Below are positions 36,660 through 49,600 of a stretch of DNA of 64,000 nucleotides, piece after piece; positions within the stretch are counted from its first letter, which is position 1, and every line of letters begins with the position of its first letter. Both the position numbers and the translations under genes were made by a program. The notes under the pieces are model-generated. The model worked only from the letters and a program-made list of their open reading frames with translations, was not told where the DNA came from and did no database searches. The DNA lies in assembly GCA_013265495.1 (NCBI GenBank), contig MU058009.1, positions 1,118,001-1,182,000 of the forward strand. Direction: 5' to 3'. Source of the stretch: Vicugna vicugna (taxonomy: Eukaryota).

Positions 36660-37540
36660 ATAAACAAAGTTGATTTTCAAGTTAGATAATGAAGCAGAAC
36701 ACAATTATTCTGTATGCAGGAGACATTCCTTAAATATAAATACATGAAAAAAAAAACTGAAAAAAAAAGATTTGTCAAATCCTTATCAGTCAAATGAAAA
36801 CAACAAGAAAGCAAAAATTGCAATCTTGATATTAGAAAGAATTAAATTCAAGCAAAAGTATAGAAAAAAACCTATATGGATATGTAGTAATGTTGACAGC
36901 TACAACTCAGTGAACATTTGACAGTTATGATTATCTCTGCACTAAATAACAAACAATCTATATAAAGCACAAAATATAGGAACTGCAAAAAGTAGATTGA
37001 AACATTTATAACAGAATACATCACTCTCAGAACATGACAGTTAGTAAAGGAATATTGATTAGAAGACATAAAAACAATAAAGTATCAGTAAGATAGACAG
37101 TATGCATATATATAAATCACCCTGATGGTAGAGAATATGCCTTATTATTAGATAGGTGTGGGTTGTTCATAAGAAAATCATATATAGGGTCACAAATAAG
37201 ACAAATGCAAGTTTGTTAAATTAGAAATATCAGAAACACAATATTCCAATTACAGTGCAAAACAAACACAAAATCCATGAATAAATTAAAAAATAAAAAT
37301 GCCACCCACATAAAACAAACAAAAACAAAAATCTTATATGAAACAATTCTTGTATGAAAGAACTACAGGACAAAATAAGAAAATTTAAGAAAAATAATGA
37401 TAATGAAAATAGTATATAATAGAATATGTGAAAGTCCCAGGATCACCTCTAAGAAAATAAATATAAACAACAACAAAGGAATGAAAAGAATAAGAGCTAA
37501 ATCCTAACTTATCAGTAATTACATTAAATGTAAATGTAAA
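36660..37540 (+). mobile_element. Old L1 ORF2 endonuclease-region fragment
   Basis: 'tgtatgcaggagacattcct', 'gcaatcttgatattagaaagaattaaattcaag', 'tctctgcactaaataac'. Confidence 0.65.
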
Positions 37541-38950
37541 TGAGACTACAGAAAAAAGCAAGAGAAAAATCAATAAAACCAAGATCTGGTTCTTTGAAGA
37601 GATAAACAAACTGATAAATCTTTAGCCAGATTCACCAAGAAAAAAAAAGGGAGAGGGCCCAAATCAATAAAATTATAAATGAAAAAGAAGTTACAACAAA
37701 TACCACAGAAATACAAGGGAATCATAAGAGATTGTGAAAAACAATTATATGCCAATAACATGGACAACTTAGAAGAAATAGACAAATTCCTAGAAATGTA
37801 GGATCTCCCAAGACTGAACCAGGAAGCAGTAGAAAATATAAACAGACCATTTACCAGGAATAAAATTGAATCAGCAATTTAAAAAAATTCCCAATAAACC
37901 AAATTCCAGGGCTAGGTGGCTTCACAGGTGAATTCTACAAAATATTTAGAGCAGAGTTAACATCAACGCTTTCAAACTATGCTCAAAAAATCACAAAGGA
38001 GTGAATGCTTCTAAATGCATTCTGCAAGGACAACATCATCCTGATGCCAAAACAAGACAAATACATATCACACACAAAAAGAAAATTACAGGTAAATATC
38101 ACTGATGAACATAGATGCAAAAATCCTCAACAAAATATTAGTGAAAGTAATTCAACAACACGATAACACATGCACCATGATCAAGATGGAGCTTCCCTGT
38201 AATGCAAGGATAGTTCAATATCCATAAATCAACGTGATACACCATATTAACAAATGAAGAAAAAAATCATATGATGATCTCAATAGATGCAGAAAAAGCT
38301 TTTGAAAACCTTCAACATCCATTTGTGGTAAATAGAGAAATAGATGAGGTAGATCAAGAGGTTCAAACTTCCAGCTGCAAAATAACTAAATCATAGGTCT
38401 GAAATATACTAGTTGGGGAATGTTGTCAGTAATTATGCAATATGTTTGTGCGGTGAGAGATTGTAACGAGACTTATCATGGTGATGATTTTGAAATGTCT
38501 AGAATTATTGTATCACTATGTTGTGTAAAAGGAACTATTGTAGTGTTGTAGGTCAATTATACTTCAAAAAACAAAGAAACACAGAAAAATAGATCATATT
38601 TGTGTTCACCAGTGGCACTGAGTGGGGGAAGGGAAACTGGATGAAGGCAGTCAAAAGGCACACATTTCCAGGGATAGTATAAATAAGTAGTAGACATGCA
38701 ACGGACAACATGACAAATATACTGCGGTGTGTTTTATATAAAAACTGCTGAGTAAATCCTAACAATTTTCATCATAAGTAAATGTTTTTCTATTTCTTTA
38801 ATTTTGTATCTTTATGACATAATGGATATTCACTTAAATTATTGTGGGAATCATTTCATGGTGTATGTAGGTGAAATCATTATGCTGCACACCTGAAATT
38901 TATACACTGCTGTATGTCAATTACATCTCAGCAAAACTGGAAGAAAAAAT
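37541..38950 (+). mobile_element. Younger L1 (L1MA9-like): ORF2 fragment joined to a 3'UTR
   Basis: Conserved ORF2 ('ggcttcacaggtgaattctac', 'atctcaatagatgcagaaaaagcttttga' = ISIDAEKAF), then a 3'UTR ending 'tgtcaattacatctcagcaaaactggaagaaaaaa'. Confidence 0.85.
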
Positions 38951-39499
38951 TAAGAGTAAAGGAGAGTTGTGGTAATAGTTGCTCTGAGCCCGTTCCAGGC
39001 ACGCTGGGCACACTGTCACCTAACACGTACTCCTCAGACTGCACGTGATCTCACTTTTGGTCTTTATCCCTCTTTACTAGCTTTCCCCTTGTAAATGCAT
39101 TGAGAGGAAGTAAATGCAGACCTGAACCTGGTCTCTCATAGGCCCCTGAATATGGCTTCTTTTTTTTCTCCAGGACCAGCAATCATCGAAGGTGTACGTT
39201 ATCCTGGAATGCATATCTTTGGATTAGTTAAAATCTAACGCCCATCTTTCACTGATCAGAGACTTGTTCTCATTTGTAAAACACGGGAAGTAATAATTAG
39301 CTTCTTGGTTGCTGTAGAATTAAACAAGATAATCTCTTACGAAGCACCCTGAGTCGTTCATTGCTCTCAATAGGTGGAATTAGTGCTTTATGGTCGTTGC
39401 TACTGTTGTTGCCATTATTGCTCTTCTCTAGCATTAGCCTCCAAGGTTAGCTCGAAAATACAATCTAATTTCATTAATAACCCATTACAGATCAGTCAT

Positions 39500-40050
39500 C
39501 TATGAATTTATTTAAACCTGTGTAAGAACTATAATTCCTATTTTACTTCTTAGAGTAATGAGTTCCATAAACTTTATTACCTGCTGTGTTAACATGGCAT
39601 TTCCTTTAAAATTGTTTTAACTTAGCTTTTCCAAGCATCAATGGATTCTTCGTCGTTTTTTTCAACAGTATTTTGCGTGTGTCTGTTTTGATCTAATTCC
39701 CACCCTTAAAATTTTTATAGATGCCAATCATAGCCTTTCACACTCATCATTATTTTAGACTCAATGCTTTTGTTTGTATTGTTTTTTAATTTGATCTGAA
39801 CCGAGAAATCTGAAACCTACTCCCAGCTTCCTGTGTCAGGTGGAGGAGAAAGGTCATTCAAGGACAGGACGTCCTCTGAGGTCTTATTTATGGTCTGTGC
39901 TACCCTCGCCCTTAGGATGGCTTTCTGCGGGTCTGGATGATTTTGGTTACAACTCAATGGAGGACTTTAGAGAAACGATCCCTAAATTGGAGCCACACAT
40001 TAATATGATTGCACTATCAGATCCACAGTGATCTTCTCTCTCAAACTGAA
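39500..40050 (-). mobile_element. Possible CR1/L3 fragment
   Basis: Weak resemblance ('ttccataaactttattacctgctgtgtt'); very degenerate. Confidence 0.3.
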
Positions 40051-40459
40051 GGTTGTTTTTCTAGAACCTTTTTTTTGTGTGTACATTTTCACTTTGACCT
40101 TGTCTGGGTTTCAGGTAGATCACTGTTCCAAAGAGCTAAACAGCAGAATCAATTCTATACATTTTCTGAGTACACTTTAGGGATTAGCAAGGTGCTATCG
40201 CTTTGTGCGAGACACAAAAGAAGCATGAGGTATGACTTACATCGTTGTGGACCGATAGTCCAAGGGTAACTAGACGGACATATAAAAATGTGAATACAAG
40301 ACAGTGCAGGCTAGTTGTGTTGTGTAAGTCAGACAAAAATTACTGTAAGAAAGAAACCGGTGTCCCTCACTAATATGCTCAAAATCCTTGGCAAGGGGAT
40401 GAAGCAAATAGCAGAAAAATATGTATAATGTGTGTTCTTTTATCAAATATATGTTTGCA

Positions 40460-43130
40460 TGCTTTTTCATAAAGTTTTTCATGTGCATAGTTTAAAAATC
40501 AAATAGCTATCTAAGCTTCACAGCACGGAAAGCAGTCCCCTGCCCCACCCCTCCTCAGCACCAACCCCAGATGCAAATTATGTTCAACTCTTAGAGATTT
40601 TTTTCTAATACTAGCCAAAATATTTCAAAACAATATTTAAATATGCCTAATCTCTATTTGTTTCAGGTTTAGATAGGTTCTCTTGACTTCCTCCTTTGTA
40701 AAAGGGAGTTCCGCTTTCTTACAACTCTCTAAACACATAAATTCTCACATAAACGCTTTATCCACCCGCCCACACCCATATCAGTCTTCTCACATTGACC
40801 CAGTGTGGTTATGCTACAATTTTTACTTAAAAATAGTTTTTTAGATATTTATGGCAGAGCCAAAAAAATTTTAACTTAACATTCCTTTAGTAAATTTAGG
40901 TTTATGTTCCATTTCCTGTATAATTTTTCTGTTTTCCTGGGGGTTGATAATTTAATCAATTCCTGATTCCTCCCCCTCCTCCTTTTCTCCCCCTTTCTCT
41001 CTCTCCTTTGCCGTTTTCTAGGGACGTAATATTCATTTATATGCAAACATCCTTTCAGTAGTATAAATATCTTCTGGAGATTTCAATTACTAAACGAACC
41101 TGCCCATTTTATTTCTTGGAGACACTGCTCTGGGTGCCCTTTCTCTCCCTCCCCAACGTGGGCGGGCAGTCACCATGCTTGCCGCACGCCTCTGTCCTTA
41201 GGCTGGATGACTTACTGCACACCTTTGCCATCACTCGGGCGTTCCCTTCACTTCGCTCCTACGTGGGAATTCTTTATTTCCTGGATATGGCCGCTTGCTT
41301 GTTCTTGCTTTGTTTCCTCACTTTGCTGAAGCATTTTCTTTAGTCGCCTCCGTGGAAAGAACACTTGGGAAGTAAATGTTTGAGTACTCGCATCTCTAAA
41401 ACTATCTTTACTTTCACCTCATACTTATTCCATTGTTTATCTGTAGAGAACTCTAGGTTGGAAATTCTACTTGCTCAAAGTTGTGAGAGCATCAGTGCCT
41501 TTCTTCTACTTTCTAACATTAATGTTGCCAAGTGTGACTCTTGATCTTCTACGTGTGACTTTCCACCTAGACATTTTTAAAATCTTCTCCCCAAGATTTT
41601 TGAAACTTGATGATACTATGCTTAGATGTGGTTCCTTTATTTTTTTCAATCGTTATTCTGAGTACATGTTGAGCCCATGAGTCCACAGATTTTACTTTAT
41701 ACATTTTTCTATTTATTCATTTATCTTGTGAGTTTTGTCCTCTGCTTTCCCTCCTCTCTGTCACTTCTGGTAGTAGATGCTGGGAGCCTAAACCAGCTGT
41801 TCATTCCTCCTGCTTTCATACCTGTGTGTTATTTTGCTTTTTCACTTTCTGGGATGCTTCTTCGGCTTTAGTCTACAGCTCTGAATTGAATTTTTTACAT
41901 CTGCTCTCATCTTTAATTTGTAAGATTTTTTGTTCTCTGAATCTTTCTTTTCTACCTCATTTCCTTCTTATCTCAAGGAATCAATAAGTTGAATCTTGTA
42001 CCTCTGAAGACTGCAAAATTTTTCGAGTTTTCTTCTGATTCTTGAATTGCTTTGCTCTCCTTCAATTTCCCTTTTATCAAAAACATTTTTGGTTTCTGAT
42101 TTTTGTCTTTTATGTGAAAAGTGTTCCTTAAGTACCTGGTGTTTCTTAGCTGATGGTTAATATTTAAAGAGTGAGTAACTAAAAAGCTCACTGGGTTCTG
42201 TCTATCTTGGCGGGACCTCTTACCTGGTGTGGGTGTGTCTGGCTGGAAGAACTGAGGGACCCATTCCTAATAGTATGCGGATGGCTCAGTCCATTTTCTC
42301 AGAAACAAGCCACTAATCTAGATCTCTAAAGCGTTTATCAAGAGACTCACGGGTTCAGCAGACCCTCAGGATGATCTCCTGTCAGAGCGCTGCAAGCCTG
42401 GCTTTCGGCCAAGTGAGGGAAGGAGAGGGTGGGCGGCGGGGAGAGGCTCACCTTTCCCTCTAGAGACTTCCGGTAAACATTTGAGTCCAGTGCTCACATG
42501 TCCAAATCGTTTCTGCTTTACTTCTTCTAGAAATCAGTTTCTAATCTTCTGTCTGGGAGCTTGGGGACAGTTTCCACTCAGCGCTGGGTGGGAAAGGGCA
42601 TCTGGTGGTGAGGGACCTGGCATAGTGTTGCCAGAAAACGTACAGGCCACTGGGTTAAATCTGCATTTAAGATAAATGATCTCTTTTTCCATAAAAGTTG
42701 TGATCCAAGTTAAAATGTTATTAGTTGTTTACCTGACATTCAAATTTAACTGGGAACATCCATTTTTCACTTGCTAATCCTTGCAACCTGACTCTCAAAT
42801 GACTATAGAATTTAACTGCTATTGTTGATTTTGGATTCATTTGTATTTCTACCTCCCAAAGTGCCTGGCTCCAGCCACTAATTGGAAGCTTTCTGGGGTT
42901 CTGTGGTAAAAGTGAGACTGCTTTTGACTTATTTCTTCCCTCTCCGCCAGCATAATTTCCAATTTTCTTTTTATACTAAGTCAGCTAGCATTTCCAGCTT
43001 ATTTCAGGTTCTAAAATGGCATTATTATTTCCTCCCATTTTCTCTATACTTGACGGTTTATATTAAACACACACACATTTCCATTTTGGTGGAGTTTCAT
43101 GTGTTCTTCGCTTTGCCATGTTTAATCAGG
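40460..43130 (-). mobile_element. HAL1/L1M-like element, antisense, decayed
   Basis: 'tcaaatagct...gcagtcccctgccccaccc' 3' motif, antisense ORF1-like region at 41380-42150, 5'UTR-like region beyond. Confidence 0.6.
42623..42790. mobile_element. MER53-like palindromic hAT MITE
   Basis: Inverted ends 'gttgccagaaaacgtacagg..gttaaatctgcatttaagataaa' and 'tttacctgacattcaaatttaactggg...ttgcaacct'. Confidence 0.75.
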
Positions 43131-43189
43131 AGGATTCAATAATATTTCTAAATGTTTGAATAAGAAGATTATACCATTACTTGTACGGC

Positions 43190-44150
43190 TAAACATAGAA
43201 GATAAACCACATGATTTATCTGCTCTTTCTTTCCAAACCTCACTAAATGATGCCAAAAACCTACAGTTATGGGGGAACATGTTTCAGGTGGTTTTTGTTT
43301 TTTTTTTTTAAGACAAAACGTATTAGCTGACTGTCTAGAAGGAAGGGAGCTCCAGCTCAGTGCCCGACGTGGGAAGACCATGAAGAGTCACCCGGTCTTC
43401 CTCCTCTCCCCGGAGGCCGCTTGCCCTCTGGGAACACCGGTGCCACAGCAACTGGGATTGCTGGTCCGGGTTGACAACAGGCTCACTTGTCTAGAGTCTC
43501 TGTACGAGACATCCCTCAGGCCTGTTCCACCCCATCCCTACTCGGCGGCAGGACTGATTAGTCTCTGGAGAAACAGAAATAGAAAGGGCCCCTTTGTACA
43601 TCAGCACAGAAGATAGCACGAGTGATCGAAGGGCCCCAGAGCTGAGAGATTAATTGAAAACTATATACAGAGAGGACCTCACTGCCCTTTCCTCATCTTG
43701 CTTCCAAAATTCCTCCAGGCATATATATATCTTTTCCCTTCATATAAGAGATTAGGAAATTCTCTGGAGACAGACTAATAGCTCAGAGCTAAAAAAATCT
43801 CCCTCCATATACTGCTATTAGTGAAGAGGACGACTTATGACTTTACTGTCCCTAAGTGCTACTCAGAACCCAAGGGAAATTCTTGAGTTCTACACAGACT
43901 TCCAACCAGCTTTTTATGGCCTTGCTCTTTAAGATGAACAAACATTAATATTCAGACTTCGGACCTCTGAAGAATGCCACTGATATGAAACAAAAATGAA
44001 ACAGGAAAAGGGGACTCAGAAAAAAAAGAAAAGAAACAACACATACAGCACACACACAAAAACCATTCAAAACATTATGATCAATATTTTTGAGAACAGA
44101 AGATACTGAGTCCATTAAAAAAATGAAAAATAAAAAAACAGAGTGCTAAG
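43190..44150 (+). mobile_element. HAL1/L1M-like 5' fragment, sense
   Basis: 43901-43990 aligns with the reverse complement of 42110-42196 ('agcttttta...ctctttaa.at.aac'). Confidence 0.5.
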
Positions 44151-44489
44151 CAGCATGGAAGGTCACGGCCTGCCAGGTAGAAGATCTCAGAGACAGTCTA
44201 GGGTCACCTGACACCATCAGCACACACGTATCTTGCTGCTGTCATTGCATCTGCTGCCTGGCTGGCCTAGCGTGGTACTTCCCGCAAGTTCCCGTGGCCA
44301 CCCCAGCAATGCACTAGCAGTGGTGATACGTGGGGCTGTTATATTACAGGAGCGACATCTAGACCCTGCTAGTGGAGGCTGCTAGGGCTGAGACCACTGC
44401 CACATCAAAGCCAACAGGCCTACAGCTGCAGGATGACACCACCATCCCGAGGGAGCTCTCTGCGTGTTACCATGGAATACACACCAGAA

Positions 44490-44670
44490 ACACGTTGATT
44501 TTAGCAGGGAACAGGGTCACCTGAAGAACTTGCTGAAATCAGATTTCTGGCCCACATCTCCCCCCATTTTGGATTCAGGAGGTTTGGGCTGGAGTCTGAA
44601 ACATTGCATTCCTAATACAATACCAGGTGCTCCTTGTCCCTGGTGCAGGAATCCTACACTGAGAATCTCC
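44490..44670. mobile_element. MER5A-like MITE
   Basis: 'tcacctgaagaacttgctgaaatcagatttctggccc...gattcaggaggtttggg...tgcattcctaa'. Confidence 0.7.
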
Positions 44671-45153
44671 AAAAGCACTTGAACAAAGCAGACCCCAAGG
44701 CACTTCTATCCCACGTTGTTCTATGAAAAAGACCCACCCAACTGCGAATGGCTGTAGAGTCTGGAAATGGTTTGCCAAAGAAAATAAAAATTATCTTCTA
44801 TCTGTAAATATGACACTAATTTCTGCAGTAAAATTACAAAGCCCGCATAGCCTGCATTTGCTTTTCCTTTTTCTGACACAGAACTCCACAGATTGAGAAC
44901 TATTTTATCACCATTTTGAATAAAACCAGTAGATACAGGTCTCTTTTCCAAAATCTCAACTGAATATGGAATCACACTTGGAATTAAACTCTGATGGAGT
45001 TTCATAAGGTATGTGTTCTTACTTCTGTATTTCTCCTAGTTTTTAATTTAAAAAAGAGTAATAAATCCTAACCTTGACTCATTTTTAACAGCTAAATAAT
45101 TTTGTTTCCTAATTATAAGAATAATAATTACTTATTTAAAAATAAAATGTAAA

Positions 45154-45218
45154 AATTGTGCTCTACACTGGAATTTGACACATTGCAAAATGATTATAAA
45201 TCAATAAAAAATGTTAAA
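45154..45218 (+). mobile_element. Extremely 5'-truncated young L1 3' tail with TSD
   Basis: 'attgtgctctacactggaatttgacacattgcaaaatgattataaatcaataaaaaatgttaaaaa' flanked by 16-bp near-direct repeats. Confidence 0.75.
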
Positions 45219-45825
45219 AAAAATAGAGTGTAAAGTTACAAATAAGCTTTATATTTGTTTAAATATTTTATGAATTTGAAGAGAGTTTTCCCACATGCAG
45301 TATTGTATCATAAGCATTTTCTCATAGTATTAAAATATTATTTGTAGAGAAAAAAGGTTCTAACCAAGGGATAAAGTGAAATAGGAACTATAACCACCAA
45401 AAAATTAGTTATATGTGTAGACAGGAGACAAGGTAAGGTTGTAGATGGAAATTAGCTTTTATTGTTTAATCAAAATCTACAACCCAAAATGTTAGAGATG
45501 CGAACACAAAGTACAATTTCCAAAAGGAAAGTTGCCCTAAGCTCTCAGATAAATGCTAACAATTACATTTTATCTACCTTACAACTCCCGGGTGAACTGA
45601 TAAATGCATCTCCTGCTCCAAGTCTAACTTGTGTTCCTCTGTTAATGTGTAAATATTGCATAACTGCCTCTTTCTATCCTGAAGTTGTCTTTTCAACCCT
45701 ACTCCTTTCTACCCAACAGATACAGTGTTTGAATGTCAAACACTACCTTTATAACCAAGAATCAAGCCATTATTTCAATTAGCCAAATAAAATATTTCTT
45801 TATCATTAACAAAGATTGCCTTTGT

Positions 45826-46115
45826 TAGTGGTTTTCAACTTTGGCTGCACAGCAGAAACACAGGGAAGTTTTATTGGTTTATTTATTTTAATTGAAATGT
45901 AGTCAGTTACAATGTGTCGATTTCTGGTGTGCAGCACGTTTTGATCACACATATACGTACATATATTCGTTTTCATATACTTTTTCATTATGTGTAACTA
46001 CAATATATTGAATATAATTAATTCCTTGTGCTACACAGAAGAAATTTGTTTTTTATCTATTAAAGCACTAAAGCCAGAAACCAACCCCTCAGAGACTCTG
46101 TTTTAAATATGGGAG
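45826..46115. mobile_element. MER5A-like MITE split by an antisense L1 tail
   Basis: 'agtggttttcaactttggctgcacag' resumes after the insert as 'aaagcactaaagcc...cctcagagactctg'. Confidence 0.65.
45876..46060 (-). mobile_element. Short L1 3' end, antisense
   Basis: 'tttattttaattgaaatgtagtcagttacaatgtgtc...tattgaatata...ccttgtgctacacag'. Confidence 0.8.
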
Positions 46116-46124
46116 GAGGTGAGA

Positions 46125-46280
46125 CAGGTCTGTGGACTAGCAGGATAGGTATTACCTGGGAACGTACGTGAAATATAAAATCTCAACCTCTATCCTGGAC
46201 TCAGTGAATCAGAAATTCTGGAGGTGGGACCCGGCCCTTCTGTGCTCTAACAAGCCCTCCAGGTGATTTTTAGAAGATTC
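46125..46280. mobile_element. MER5A-like MITE
   Basis: 'gaatcagaaattctggaggtggg...taacaagccctccaggtgatt'. Confidence 0.75.
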
Positions 46281-46384
46281 CCTAGACAAAAGGTTTCCAC
46301 AGACCTTCAATGTGTAGAAAACACATTATCTGCAAAAGGCATTAAAGTGAAAGGCAATAAATCGAGGGGCGCCTGTGAACACCA

Positions 46385-46620
46385 GCAGTTTGAGGGCACT
46401 TGTTTTGTACCAAGCACTGTGCTAATTGTTTTACATGAGTTTACGTTGATCATTTCAACAACCCACTGAGGAGGTACTATTATTGTTCCCGTTATTTTAA
46501 TGAGAAAACAGACACAGAGGTGGTTATTTGCCCAACTACATGCAACTGCTAAGCGATGGATTTCAGATTCAGAGTCAAGCAGTCTATTTCTAAAAACTCA
46601 GGCTCTAAGCCTTATAATAA
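46385..46620 (-). mobile_element. MIR SINE
   Basis: 'gtaccaagcactgtgcta', 'acaaccc', 'atgagaaaacagacacagagg'. Confidence 0.75.
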
Positions 46621-49600
46621 CATCGTAAGGATTCTAGATGTATGCCTATATTCTGCCCTTCGTTTTGGCAGTAACTGCCTGACCTCCAAACTTCCCAAAT
46701 GTTAAATGTGGTTTAACTATATAATACTTTGAAAGTAATAGCCTTTGTCAGCAAATTTCAGAGGGCTTCCCAGCTAGGGCCCTTTGCCATTTGAGAGCCT
46801 CAGTCAGTGTAACAGAGAGTTCAAGGTATATTTGTGAAAAGGAAAAGCAGTCAAGAGGGTCTAATGCAATGATCTACTGTCCCGGTCATGCTCACTTTGG
46901 GCAGGATCAAACATGCAATTTCTGGAGCTCAAATTTCTTGCAATTTAGTCCTGTGTCTCTTAATGCTGTCAAGCAGGCTCGTCTTGGTTTCCGGACTTGA
47001 ACTTGGATGTTGACTCATGAACCGAAGAGTGATGTCCCGCGTAATTCCTCAGAGATCCGGAGAGCGCTTCTTTCCGTGCGGTAAGTGATGTTACGTATGG
47101 GACAAGGTCCTGGAAGTAGGCAGGCTCAGTACAACTAAAATGCATTACCGTTAAGAACATGGACCGCCAGGGGGAGACTTCAGCAATTAGGAAAAGGAAA
47201 GGTTTGGCTTGTTTAAAGGAAAACAGATTCTGCATACAATAATTTCAGATGAAGAGATGGACTCTTTGCAGCTCCTCCCTGGCAAGACATAGGACACTGG
47301 GGGAGATCACCCTGTATCTTTAGGTCTCAGTTCAAGTTACATCCTGATGTGAACATTTTTATAACGCGACTTAACAAGTCTCTCTTCTTTCCTCTGTTTC
47401 TGAACCACACACTGCAGTAAAACATTTTTCTTTGTATCTGAAATTTTCTTCCAAAGGAAAAAAAATCCCTAAGTGGGTTTTCGTCTCTTAACATCCTTTC
47501 TTTCTTTCCTATGACCTAAGATTTTGTTCTTCTTCCCACTGACCCAAGAGGCCCACCTCCCTCCTCTGTGCCTCATTAGCTGCTCTGGCCCCTGCCAGCC
47601 CGTGTCCTGCTGTGCTCTTGATTATGTCTCCCTGGTTCACCTGAAGCTTTCATGAGCCAGTGGGTTTCTTACTCACGGGATTCTTTGTGCTCAACCCATA
47701 GAATTGCTTTTCAACAATTCATTTGAAAACAAATCCTTAAAGATAGAGTGAAAAAAAAAAATAGTTGGGGTATGGCAAGTCCAGAACATGAAAGGAAGTG
47801 GCCAGAATGGCTTAGCGCCACACTGGGAAAAGGATCCAGAGGCACATCCAACCACAGACAATTAGAAGGCTCCGTTCTCTCTTCTGCTTTCATGTCATCA
47901 GAATCTGCACCTTGAATTTTATCTTAATTTTACATCTGAGCTGGTTTTTTACCAAATCATAGAGTTCTCACCAACAGTCTCCTTTTTATTGTAGCTCAAA
48001 GCCCTGTGAGAATGCTGGAAAGAGTAAAGGGGGATTGTCATCAGCCCAACACCTACACTGAATTCTTGCACTAAATAAAGCGGTCAAGGAAAACGTCATG
48101 AGAATTTCTATGCATGACAAAAAAAACATTAAACAAACGATACCGAGCAAATTTTGCAAAACCATCCTGCTATTTTTAAGCCAAGGCTTGGCAGAATGTA
48201 TGTCATTTCCCTCCAAAGTAGCTCCTGATCCTTGAATAGACACATGTGAGTCCGGAAAGGTAGTGAAACCCGTGCTTGTGAATGTAACACAAAGAATCTG
48301 AGAGGCTTTCATTTTTCTTTTCCTGAAAAGGTAAAGCGTCTGTGTAATTTTGCCAACTGGAGCACTTGTTCGCTTTAGTTACCCATGTGATACGATTTGC
48401 CATTGTCTGAGGCATCTGCAGAAGAGGAAAGGAAGGGAGTAAGAAGCAGAATGGCCAGCAGTCCCTTTAACTAAAGGAGCAGCAGCCTTCATTTGAAAGA
48501 AAAATTAGGAGGACTAAACTCGGGGTGGCGGGAAAAGTTTCTCTTTTAAACGTCATAGCTTCCAATCCGATTAAATTTGTGTGCTTAAAACAAAGAAACA
48601 AAGCCCCCCAGCCCCCAGGATGCCCTCCCTGCTTCGATATGACTGCAGAAAGAGAAGCAAAAACTGTGGACACCAAGCACAGCAGGTGCTAGAGACAGAG
48701 AACTCTGTCTTCTAAAAGGAGGGGCCAGATTAAAGACAGAATGCGGTTTTGTTTTTGTGTCGGTTTGTTTTTGATCCCTGTTGGCTTTTTACCCAGATTG
48801 CCTTCCTCTCACCTCCAACCCCCTCGCGTTTCGTCCTTTCGGGCTCGGCATTCTTCAGTATCCTTACAGCGTCCAGCCCTTGGCCATAACGTCACTTAAT
48901 AACGAGCCAGTCTTTGTTTTCCACATCTGTTTTCCTGGTATTCCAGTCTTCCAATTCACCCACTGGGTTTTGGTCCCATGTTTCCTGAGCCTGGGCTGAC
49001 AGCTCAAATATAGAAATGAATGATTGCTGCTAATGAATCATGTTTAATTGGTGACACCTTTTGTCCTGTGTGGAATAATATAAACTACAGATCAACCCCT
49101 ATTGATTCTGCTGCCTAACGCATGCAGATAGACTTTTACTTTTAAACAAACAGCAGATTATTCGAGGTAAAAACTCAGATACTAGAAGGAGGGATTATGT
49201 TTGCAGAAAGAGGAGAAGAGATGGATTTTGATGCTAGAGAAATACTAGGAGACAAATCTTTTACTGGGACAAGCAGTGTTGTAAACCTTCCTTCTGACTC
49301 TCATGTATGTCCACGTTGTCTACTGGGAATACATGTCGCATCTGTCATTATTCCTCTGTCCCACTCTGGAGTTGCAGCATGGGAGGCTGCCTCTGGGAGG
49401 GGCATGATCTTCCTTAGTCCTTGTTAGGAATAAAAGCATAGCCCGGGGACAGGAGATATGCTCAGCCTTTAAATTCTAGGTGTTAAGCAATAAAAACAAA
49501 CATTTTCTGGAACTGCATGTAGCCCAGCCTAGATCACATAGAGATATCCCATGAGATGGGGGCCAAAGCCCCACACAAAAGTGAAGAAGCAGGAATTAAA

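Noticed and set aside
48526..48536. E2F-like site TGGCGGGAAAA
   Set aside because: Single motif without a CpG island or promoter context.
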